Of a DNA stretch of 64,000 nt, positions 56,859-64,000 are shown piece after piece. A program made the position numbers and the translations under genes. Where the stretch lies: assembly GCA_965221385.1 (NCBI GenBank), contig OZ244885.1, positions 2,709,314 to 2,773,313 on the forward strand, given 5' to 3'. Within the stretch, counting starts at the first letter, position 1, and each line of letters starts with the position of its first letter. The stretch is from Dehalococcoidia bacterium. GTDB lineage: Bacteria; Chloroflexota; Dehalococcoidia; Lucifugimonadales; UBA3495. The notes beneath the pieces were generated by a model. That model made no database searches and was not told the origin of the DNA. It saw only the letters and a list, made by a program, of their open reading frames with translations.

Positions 56859-56934
56859 GCCCCTGTAGCTCAGAGGATAGAGCGGCGGCGTCCTAAGTCG
56901 CGCGTCGGGGGTTCGAGTCCCTCCAGGGGTACCA
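56859..56934 (+). tRNA. tRNA-Arg(CCU): tRNA-Arg (anticodon CCU)
   Basis: Cloverleaf folded by hand. Anticodon loop GUCCUAA, T-loop GGTTCGAGT, encoded CCA. Has a G1:U72 wobble. Confidence 0.85.
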
Positions 56935-56954
56935 CCATTAACCTAAGCAGTCGC

Positions 56955-57032
56955 AGGAGCGTAGCTCAGTCTGGTCAGAGCGCTGGTCTCCAAAACCAGT
57001 GGTCGGGGGTTCGAATCCTCCCGCTCCTGCCA
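56955..57032 (+). tRNA. tRNA-Trp(CCA): tRNA-Trp (anticodon CCA)
   Basis: AGGAGCG acceptor stem, anticodon loop CUCCAAA, discriminator G plus CCA. Layout matches E. coli tRNA-Trp. Confidence 0.9.
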
Positions 57033-57074
57033 ACCTCCTCCTACCACCAACATCTCTATCTTTCCCATCTGATG

Positions 57075-57104
57075 GAGGGTCGCCGGGCCCTCTATTTCTT
57101 TTTC
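57075..57104 (+). terminator. Intrinsic terminator after tRNA-Trp
   Basis: GAGGGTC-GCCG-GGCCCTC (7-bp stem with one G:U pair) followed by TATTTCTTTTTC. Confidence 0.7.
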
Positions 57105-57142
57105 GACAGCCGGGCGCCATCACGACAACAGGAGGCCCAACT

Positions 57143-59110
57143 GTGAGTAGCCCCCTCAACCCCGAAATGGTTCGTAATTTAACCTCGGTGGCCGACCCAT
57201 CCCTGTCACCCGACGGGAATCGGGTCGCCTTTACCTATGGTTGGGTTGACGAAAGTTCACTGGAAGCCCGCTCCAGCCTTCGGGTAATTTCCCTGAAGCC
57301 GGAAGCCAATGGGGCTTTGGAGGACTTCACCCGGGGTTCCAGGGACAGCTCGCCCAAGTTCTCTCCCGATGGACGTACCCTGGCCTTCCTGCGCCCCGAT
57401 GATGGAGGACGCCGCCAGATTTGGTTGATTCGTGTCGATGGGGGCGAGGCATGGCAGCTCACCCACGCTGCGGGCAATGTGGCGGACCTGGCTTGGGCGC
57501 CCGACTCCTCGCGGTTGGTTTTCGCTGCCGACGTGGATCCCGACAATGATCTGGCAGAGGATAGAGGGACGGATGGCCTGCCCCGGGTCAGCGTTGCCCG
57601 GCGCATAAAGTACCGGTACGACGGAATGGGATGGCGTGGTGATGCCCATTTCCACCTCTTTCTGCTGGACGTGGAGGGTGGCGGCTGTCACCAGGTCACC
57701 GATGGCGATTGGGACGACCTGCTGCCCACCTGGTCTCCCGACGGCGCCCGGATTGCCTTCATATCCAGCCGCCGGGATGACCGGGACATAACAGGCAAGT
57801 CTGAGGCCTACGTCATTCCCGATGACCCAACCGGCGCCCGCGAACCGGAAAAATGGTCGGCAGATCTGGAAACCGTGGGGGCTTTGGCATGGTCGCCGGA
57901 TGGCCAGCGATTGGTTGCCGCCGGGTCCGGCGAGGGTCACGGCTTGGGGCTATGGCAGAGCTGGCTCTACATGCTGGAACCGGGCCGGGAACCTTTGCGA
58001 CTCACCGACGATTCGGTGCGGCCAACCCTCGGCATTCCCGGCATCAGCCCAACATCGGAAATTCGTTGGCTGGAGAATGGCCGCATACTGTTCCTGGCAG
58101 AAGCCCGGGGCCAGTCTTACCTGATGGAAACCAGCGCCGAGGGCGGCGATGCCCGTAGGGTGGCCGGCGGAGAAATGCTCGCGTCCATGCTTTCCCTGGA
58201 CAAATTGGGCCACACCGCGGTCATGTCGGTCAATTCACCCACTTCTCCGGCCAACCTGGTGGCTGTCGATGTAGAATCGGGCCGTATCAGCCAACTCACC
58301 GACTACAACCGGGCCTACCTGGAGGAACATCCTCCGGCCCGGCAGGAAAAGTTCACCATCCATCGGGCCGGCATGGAAATCGAATGCCGCCTCTACTTCC
58401 CGCCAGACTTCGACGAAACTGGCAAGTACCCCCTGGTTCTGGAGATTCATGGTGGCCCCAACGGAGCATTCTATGACTCCTTCGTGCCAGTTCAGCAAGT
58501 GCTGACAACCAACGGGTACCTCACCCTGGCGGTGAATCCCCGGGGGTCGTCAACCTACGGTGAGGACTTCATGACGGCGGTGCTGAGCGATTGGGGCGGC
58601 GAGGACTATGCCGACCTGATGGCGGCGGTGGATGAAGTGGTCTCCCGTCCTTACGTGGATGGCCAGCGCCTGGGGGTCCACGGCTACAGCTACGGGGGGT
58701 TCATGTCCAGTTGGATAATGGGCCACAACCGAAGGTTCCGCGCCGCCGTGGTGGGCGCTCCCTGCACCGACCTGGTCAGCATGTACGGAACGTCAGATAT
58801 TGGGGTCAGTTTTGGCGAAGTTCAATGGGGCGGCGAAATCGGAGAGGCCTACCAGGAACTGGTTGACCGCTCTCCAATTACTTATGCGCATAACGTGGAG
58901 GCCCCGGTTCTTTTGCTTCACGGGGAGGCCGATGTCCGCTGCCCGATAGGCCAGAGTGAAGCCTACTTCGTCCGGTTGAAGCGGCTGGGCAAGGTGGTTG
59001 AGATGGTGCGCTTTCCCAACTCCTCCCACTCCTTCCCCAGGCAGGGACACCCTGCCCTGAGAGAGGAGTATCTCAAACGTACCCTGGACTGGTTCAACCG
59101 GTACGTCTAA
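57143..59110 (+). CDS. S9-family serine peptidase (acylaminoacyl-peptidase/prolyl oligopeptidase type) with N-terminal beta-propeller
   Basis: GTG start after AGGAGG, downstream of the tRNA terminator. WSPDG propeller repeats, GYSYGGFMS nucleophile, and LLLHGEADVRCP...SHSF. Confidence 0.9.
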   Translation: MSSPLNPEMVRNLTSVADPSLSPDGNRVAFTYGWVDESSLEARSSLRVISLKPEANGALEDFTRGSRDSSPKFSPDGRTLAFLRPDDGGRRQIWLIRVDGGEAWQLTHAAGNVADLAWAPDSSRLVFAADVDPDNDLAEDRGTDGLPRVSVARRIKYRYDGMGWRGDAHFHLFLLDVEGGGCHQVTDGDWDDLLPTWSPDGARIAFISSRRDDRDITGKSEAYVIPDDPTGAREPEKWSADLETVGALAWSPDGQRLVAAGSGEGHGLGLWQSWLYMLEPGREPLRLTDDSVRPTLGIPGISPTSEIRWLENGRILFLAEARGQSYLMETSAEGGDARRVAGGEMLASMLSLDKLGHTAVMSVNSPTSPANLVAVDVESGRISQLTDYNRAYLEEHPPARQEKFTIHRAGMEIECRLYFPPDFDETGKYPLVLEIHGGPNGAFYDSFVPVQQVLTTNGYLTLAVNPRGSSTYGEDFMTAVLSDWGGEDYADLMAAVDEVVSRPYVDGQRLGVHGYSYGGFMSSWIMGHNRRFRAAVVGAPCTDLVSMYGTSDIGVSFGEVQWGGEIGEAYQELVDRSPITYAHNVEAPVLLLHGEADVRCPIGQSEAYFVRLKRLGKVVEMVRFPNSSHSFPRQGHPALREEYLKRTLDWFNRYV

Positions 59111-59205
59111 CGGCCACTTCCCGTGCGCCCTACCCCTTCCAGCCACCCAAAGTATTAGCCTGGCCATTTGGACCATGGCCGCCACTCCGTTGGTCGTCTG
59201 AGCGG

Positions 59206-59901
59206 TCAATCCCGCAGGGGCGGCAGCGCCCCCGTGAGCCATGGCTGCAGGTCCCGGATTACCTCGAAGGGTATCTCGTGGCCCATCCCGTACTCCCGGT
59301 ACTCCGGCTGAAACCCCTCGGCTTGAAGGAAAGACCGGGTGGCGCGGGCAGTGTCCACCGCTATTTGCATATCGCCGGTGCCGTGAGCCACGAAGATGGG
59401 CTGGTTCCTGGTGTTCGGCAGCTTGGGCCTGAGAATCTCCGGATCGAATATGGCCGCGCTCAAGGCCACCAGGCCGGCGAAGACTTCGGGCCTGGGAAGG
59501 CCGCACCGGTAGGTCATTGCGCCTCCCTGGGAGAAGCCCAATAGCGCCACTCTGCCGGGCGTGGCGTTCAACTTCTCGAACACCTCGTCAAAGAAACCGG
59601 CCAGGAGAGTTTCCGAATTTTCCCGCGCTGCCTCCACCTCTTCCGGGGGCGCCGCATTCTGCCGGGGCATCCAGCCGTAACCAACGTGCCCCCCGCCAAA
59701 ATCAAAGGCAAGGGGGGCGTTGGGACAGGCATAAACATAGCCCCGGTCCTCGATGGCGGGGGCCAAGCCGGCCAGGTCGCCCATGTGCGCGCCAAAGCCA
59801 TGCAGCATTATCACCAATGGATAGCTGACGCCGGGATTGTAGTCGTCAGGCGTGACGGTCAAGAAAGGAAGGCTGCCGCCTTCGTGACGTTCGGTTTTCA
59901 T
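59206..59901 (-). CDS. Phospholipase/carboxylesterase-family alpha/beta hydrolase
   Basis: VIMLHGFGA, LLGFSQGGAM and AHGTGD...GHEI motifs. Confidence 0.8.
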   Translation of the reverse strand: MKTERHEGGSLPFLTVTPDDYNPGVSYPLVIMLHGFGAHMGDLAGLAPAIEDRGYVYACPNAPLAFDFGGGHVGYGWMPRQNAAPPEEVEAARENSETLLAGFFDEVFEKLNATPGRVALLGFSQGGAMTYRCGLPRPEVFAGLVALSAAIFDPEILRPKLPNTRNQPIFVAHGTGDMQIAVDTARATRSFLQAEGFQPEYREYGMGHEIPFEVIRDLQPWLTGALPPLRD

Positions 59902-59970
59902 TCCCTATCTCCTCGGAACCCTTTGGGATGGACACATCCTACCATTTCGGCCGTCTGATGCGAAACGGAT

Positions 59971-60951
59971 TCAACCATAGCCAACGTCGAAACCCTCTCG
60001 GAAGGGCGTCACGATGCCGGGTCCCAGACGTCTCGCCGCCAACGCCAGACCTTCCTCCATGAATCGCCGGTCCCGGGCCAGGATGTCTTCTACGGGAATA
60101 GATTCCAGCTTCCGGCGGTATTGGGAGAGGAAACTGCTCATTTCACTGCCGGCCATGCCCATCCGGCTGAGGAGTTGAAACTCGGGCATGACTCTGACCA
60201 GGTTATAGACCTCTTCCAGTTCCAGGTTGGGAAATTTGTCCAGAATAGTCGAAATGCCAAAATCGATCAGTCGCAACTGGGGCGCCGCTTGTCCAACAGA
60301 CCCCGCGACGAGGCTTACCATCAGATGGGACCGGCCTTCCGGGTCGGACAGGGTGGCATCGTTGTAGCAAATCCGCTCACCGTGCAGCCGGCCCAATAGT
60401 TCGCCAAACCTACGGCCCGCCTGGTGCATGAACCTGTCATCTACCACCTCAGCCGACAGTTCAGGGAAGAAGGCTCCAGCGATGATTTCCTCTACGATGA
60501 AACCCTCCAGCGTTTCAAACTGGTGAGGCCCGGCGCCCAGCTCTCCGGCCAGGCGGGCAATGCGGTCCTCCTTCCTGCTTTGCAGCGGTTTGACTACCAC
60601 GCCGGTTCCATCTTCAAAGTGTAGCAGCGCCACCCGTCCCCGGCTTCGCCCCGAAAAGGCCATTTCTGGACGTTGGCCCGCCAGGCAAATCCGGCGGTAA
60701 ACTTCGGGAAAGAAAAGGTAGAAGGAATATGATTCCACCAGGGGATCCGTTGACAGCGCTCGGAAGAGGCTCTTGGCGGAGGAGTCGCTGTCCTGGCCAG
60801 CCATGCTCCAGAAGGGGGCCAGATGGGCTGGGCAATGCCCTTCGGATACTGCCCGCGCCATGTCCTGGGCTTCATCACCCGTCATGTGGCGCAACCGGGC
60901 GATGCACCGCCGCAGCAGGGCCAGCTCCGCTTCAGAGTAACCGCCGACCAT
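59971..60951 (-). CDS. Hypothetical protein with atypical protein-kinase-like C-terminal half
   Basis: VVVKPLQ (VAIK-like Lys), ICYNDATLSD (catalytic-loop-like) and LIDFGIS (DFG). Confidence 0.45.
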   Translation of the reverse strand: MVGGYSEAELALLRRCIARLRHMTGDEAQDMARAVSEGHCPAHLAPFWSMAGQDSDSSAKSLFRALSTDPLVESYSFYLFFPEVYRRICLAGQRPEMAFSGRSRGRVALLHFEDGTGVVVKPLQSRKEDRIARLAGELGAGPHQFETLEGFIVEEIIAGAFFPELSAEVVDDRFMHQAGRRFGELLGRLHGERICYNDATLSDPEGRSHLMVSLVAGSVGQAAPQLRLIDFGISTILDKFPNLELEEVYNLVRVMPEFQLLSRMGMAGSEMSSFLSQYRRKLESIPVEDILARDRRFMEEGLALAARRLGPGIVTPFREGFDVGYG

Positions 60952-61004
60952 ACCGGCTAACCTCCCCCTGGCGCTTCAGGATGCCCGCTCATCCAATGCA
61001 CGGG

Positions 61005-61346
61005 TTAGCTGCCGGGCGAAAAAGTACAGTCGCCATTGTCGTCGGGCCGAACCTGCCAGACAGCGGCAACCGCGTCCAAGTTTAGCGGGCCATAGATGTG
61101 GGGGTAAATCTCGCCCGAACGGCTGGGTTCCCGGACGACCTGCGCCTGCAATTGCCCGGTTTCCACCTCCAGGACCAACATGTCAGTTCGACCCGGATAG
61201 AGGCGGCGGACAACCCCGCGCACCTGGTTCCAGTCCTCGGAGCAGTGGATGAAGCCTTCAGCCTCCAGGCTGGGTGGGCGCCAATCAAGGCCGTTGCGGG
61301 CGGACGCCCAGTCCTGGTCAGTAATCAGGTGCAGTATCCGGGTCAT
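61005..61346 (-). CDS. DUF952 family protein
   Basis: MTRILHLITDQDW...GFIHCS...YPHIYGPL is the DUF952 pattern. Start ATG 61346 after GGGAGA. Confidence 0.75.
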   Translation of the reverse strand: MTRILHLITDQDWASARNGLDWRPPSLEAEGFIHCSEDWNQVRGVVRRLYPGRTDMLVLEVETGQLQAQVVREPSRSGEIYPHIYGPLNLDAVAAVWQVRPDDNGDCTFSPGS

Positions 61347-61516
61347 TTGCGTTTCTCCCACTAACTCTTTTCCTTCAGCCCTATGGGGGTGAAAATACCA
61401 GGGGGCTTGCCTTCCACCATATCAGGAACGGCAAGACCGCCCGAAACTTCGGGCGGTCAGCAGCCTTAAACTATTCAGATTCTACCGGCGTCAATGAGCC
61501 GGGGTTGTGGGTTACC

Positions 61517-62323
61517 CTATTTCTGCTCCAGCAGGAATGCGACCAGTTCGTCCACGTCATTATCGGTCAGGCCCGCCGTGATGGATGAGAGCATCAGGCC
61601 CGGCAATGCCCGTTCAACCCCTTCCGCCACGAAGGCTTCCGGCGCAACGATGGACTCCCGCAGGTATTCCTCTGCAGACACTCCCGGTTTGCGAGTCGCC
61701 GCGTCAGTCCCAATGTTTGACAGATCCGGTCCCAGCAGGCCCACGGCTTCGGGCACCCCTTCGATGACGTGACAGGTTACGCAAGGTGTGGCTGCGCCCT
61801 CGCCAGCTCCGGTAATGAAGATTTGCCTTCCGACGCTGGCGGTGGAGGAAGCAGGTGGAGCGGGCGCCACTGCTGCCGGCTCTTGCTGACCTTCATTTCC
61901 TTCTGGAGGCGTTTCGGGCGCTTCAGTTATCGGGGATGGAGTCGGCAGACAACCGCCGTTCTCATGGTCAAATGTGCAGGGTACACCGTTGTCCTCAGCC
62001 CAGGCCCTCGGCGAGGGAGTCCAGGAAGAAAACAGGGCAACCAGCGCCATTACCACGGCGAAGCCCAATGCCAGGCCGCCCAGGAAAATCCAGGTTAGCA
62101 GCCGATTATCAAACTTCAGGTGCATGTAGAAGAAAATAACGGCGGCAAACTTGATGGCAGACAGAATGGCCAACGGCGCAATCGTCCAGCCCTCGCCCCG
62201 GAAGTCCTCAGGGAGAATGATAACGAACTCGACGATCGTTACTACAAACAGGAATATCGCTATTCCCACGTACTGTTTGAGGGTTGGGTGACGGGCTTCG
62301 TGCACCCCGGGGTCGCTGCTCAT
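61517..62323 (-). CDS. Cytochrome c oxidase subunit IV-like (3 TM) fused to a C-terminal c-type cytochrome domain
   Basis: COX4_pro-like LKQYVGIAIFL...KFAAVIFFYMHLKFD. Pro/Glu-rich linker. CVTCH heme site at 61769-61783. Confidence 0.75.
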   Translation of the reverse strand: MSSDPGVHEARHPTLKQYVGIAIFLFVVTIVEFVIILPEDFRGEGWTIAPLAILSAIKFAAVIFFYMHLKFDNRLLTWIFLGGLALGFAVVMALVALFSSWTPSPRAWAEDNGVPCTFDHENGGCLPTPSPITEAPETPPEGNEGQQEPAAVAPAPPASSTASVGRQIFITGAGEGAATPCVTCHVIEGVPEAVGLLGPDLSNIGTDAATRKPGVSAEEYLRESIVAPEAFVAEGVERALPGLMLSSITAGLTDNDVDELVAFLLEQK

Positions 62324-62336
62324 CAGCCGATTCTCC

Positions 62337-63026
62337 TTAGAACAATCCGAGGACGCCGCCTATGGTATGGGGAACCAGGGACGGGTCACCGGCAGGCCCG
62401 GTATCGAACCCGCCAATCAGGTAAACCAGGGTGAAGATCACAATCCACACAATATCTACGAAATGCCAATACAGACCGGCCAACTCCACGTCCTGGGCGG
62501 TCTTCGGCCCCAGGCGCCCCTTTCGAGCGACCCAGGCCAATCCCAGCAGCCATACGATACCGAGGGTAACGTGGGCGCCGTGGAAGCCGGTCAAAGTGAA
62601 GAAGGTGCTACCAAAAAGATTGGTGTCGATCTTCAGTCCTTCCGTCCGGAACAGGTTGAACTCATACACCTGGAACCCGATGAAAATGGCCCCAAGAAAC
62701 GCGGTCATCAGCAGCCAGAAGAGTATGGCGCCCTGCCGGTCCTCGTTGGTGGCCGCAAGGGCACGAACCATGGCGAAGCTACTGCACAACAGCACGAAGG
62801 TGCTGATGGTGGTTATCGGCACATCGATGATGTCCACGGGATAGGGCCCCACGAGGCTTTGGCCCCGGTACACCATATAGGTAGCGATGAGAGTGCCGAA
62901 AAAGAGGCAGTCAGATGATAGGAACACCCACATCAACAACTTGCGATTGTCGATGCCCGTGGAGGTGGGATGCTCTGCCCCATGTTCCGCCGCCGGGGGA
63001 TGGTGCATTTCCGTTTGGTGGGCCAA
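62337..63026 (-). CDS. ctaE: Cytochrome c oxidase subunit III
   Basis: Five TM helices, FFGTLIATY, and TGFHGAHVTLG...WHFVDIVW motifs. Confidence 0.88.
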   Translation of the reverse strand: MAHQTEMHHPPAAEHGAEHPTSTGIDNRKLLMWVFLSSDCLFFGTLIATYMVYRGQSLVGPYPVDIIDVPITTISTFVLLCSSFAMVRALAATNEDRQGAILFWLLMTAFLGAIFIGFQVYEFNLFRTEGLKIDTNLFGSTFFTLTGFHGAHVTLGIVWLLGLAWVARKGRLGPKTAQDVELAGLYWHFVDIVWIVIFTLVYLIGGFDTGPAGDPSLVPHTIGGVLGLF

Positions 63027-63028
63027 CT

Positions 63029-64000
63029 CTACCCCTCCTGCTGGTTAGGATCACCCGGATCCTGGACCGATCCGCCGCAATAGGGGCAGAACCGGAAACT
63101 TGACGACAGGTAATTTCCACAATTGGAGCATACCAACCGGACGCTGGTAACGGCCTGACCCGAGGGTCGGGCGGCTACGGCGGCAGTGGCAGGAAGGACT
63201 GCCATCCCGTGACCATCGCCATCGGAGTGATGCCCCTCCCCGTGCTCCTTGGCCGCTGGTTCATTGGACCAGGCCACAATGCCCAGGAAGCAGATTATGC
63301 CGCCAATTATGGGTATGGGGAACCGAATATAGTCCCAACCCACGTCAACCAGCATTCCGGCGGCCAAGACCAGCACCCCAACTGCGGTTACCAGGGGCCA
63401 ATATGACGGGCTGGGCATGTGGATGCTATCCGGGTCCACCGGCGCCTCCGGCTCCGTGATGGGGCGGCCCTCCGCCTCAGCCCGGCGCTTCACTATCCAG
63501 TAATGGTCAAGCCCCTCCACCTGGGGAATTGTGGCAAAGTTATAAACCGGTGGCGGGGAGGAAATGCTCCACTCAAGCCCGGGAGCATCCCAGGGGTCAT
63601 GGCCCGCATCGGGTTGCTTGCGCAGGCTGATCAGGACATTCACCATGAAGACCAGAGTGCCAACGAACAGAACCAGGTAGCCCAGGGAGGCCAACAAGTT
63701 CAGGCCGTCCCAGCCAAACTCGCTGGCGTAGGTGTAGATGCGGCGGGGCATACCATTCAGACCCAGGTAGTGCATCGGGAAGAAGGTGATGTTCATCCCG
63801 ATGAAGTAGAGCCAGAAATGCAGCTTGCCCAACCCTTCATTCAGGAGCCGCCCCGTGAGTTTGGGGAACCAGTAGAAAACACCGGCGAAAATGCCGAACA
63901 GCGCGCCGCCAAACAGGACATAATGTATGTGGGCAACAATGTAATAGGTGTCCTGCTGCTGGTTATCCGAGGGCGCCACAGCATGGGAGACACCGCTCAA
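63029..64000 (-). CDS. ctaD: Cytochrome c oxidase subunit I (5'-truncated by window edge) with His-rich + zinc-ribbon C-terminal tail
   Basis: VAHIHYVLFGG, FPMHYLGLNGMPRR and HMPSPSYWP (14-TM type). The tail has KEHGEGHHSDGDGHG and CSNCG-x11-CPYCG. Confidence 0.93.
   Translation of the reverse strand: MSGVSHAVAPSDNQQQDTYYIVAHIHYVLFGGALFGIFAGVFYWFPKLTGRLLNEGLGKLHFWLYFIGMNITFFPMHYLGLNGMPRRIYTYASEFGWDGLNLLASLGYLVLFVGTLVFMVNVLISLRKQPDAGHDPWDAPGLEWSISSPPPVYNFATIPQVEGLDHYWIVKRRAEAEGRPITEPEAPVDPDSIHMPSPSYWPLVTAVGVLVLAAGMLVDVGWDYIRFPIPIIGGIICFLGIVAWSNEPAAKEHGEGHHSDGDGHGMAVLPATAAVAARPSGQAVTSVRLVCSNCGNYLSSSFRFCPYCGGSVQDPGDPNQQEG

Noticed and set aside
56999-57142. N-terminal extension of the S9 peptidase ORF (the ORF track starts at 56999).
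   Set aside because: It overlaps the 3' end of tRNA-Trp and the intrinsic terminator at 57075-57104. A GTG at 57143 preceded by AGGAGG gives a sensible start.
56779-59110. The tRNA cluster as an integration site for a genomic island.
   Set aside because: No integrase, no repeat of a tRNA 3' end downstream, and the downstream genes are ordinary hydrolases.
59123-59133. A fifth REP copy (GTGCGCCCTAC).
   Set aside because: Only one arm is present, it has one base missing, and no partner arm exists. The match is too short to separate from chance in GC-rich DNA. It is mentioned only as a possible remnant.

Overview
GC-rich bacterial chromosomal segment. It carries about 50 protein genes, three tRNAs and one SRP RNA, with no CRISPR array, integrase or transposase. 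Four things point to a monoderm Chloroflexota-like organism (SAR202/Dehalococcoidia-like): a long Bacillus-type SRP RNA, an LLM/F420-type oxidoreductase, tandem paralog pairs of ACMSD-like amidohydrolases and NHL propellers, and several alpha/beta hydrolases. That assignment is inference only. Housekeeping genes include alaS-ruvX, two fabF paralogs, folC, plsY, recJ, lgt, ispE, rsmA, galU, a panE-like gene, an mqnA-like gene and a ctaD-ctaE-coxIV oxidase cluster.

The window is dominated by one 11.4-kb gene (24901-36276). It encodes a 3,791-aa protein with an N-terminal signal/TM segment and a C-terminal TM anchor. The protein has two GLUG-repeat domains, a plant-type LRR cassette and five full copies plus one truncated copy of a 244-aa cadherin-like/Ig-like module. 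These are joined by Pro/Thr linkers encoded by in-frame 24-, 30- and 36-bp tandem arrays. This is the strongest candidate for something new.

Other notable items:
- A radical-SAM-like protein whose CxxxCxxC cysteines are all replaced.
- An intact B12-type radical SAM enzyme with a C-terminal 29-aa repeat tail, flanked by fabF paralogs.
- A 28-bp perfect palindrome present four times in 3' intergenic regions.
- A Bacillus-type SRP RNA that the ORF track hides under an over-extended rsmA ORF.
- An identical TTGACA-N17-TAACATTTG promoter in front of both the SRP RNA and the tRNA operon.
- Unusual fusions in the cytochrome oxidase genes.

All family assignments come from motifs read by eye. No database search was possible.
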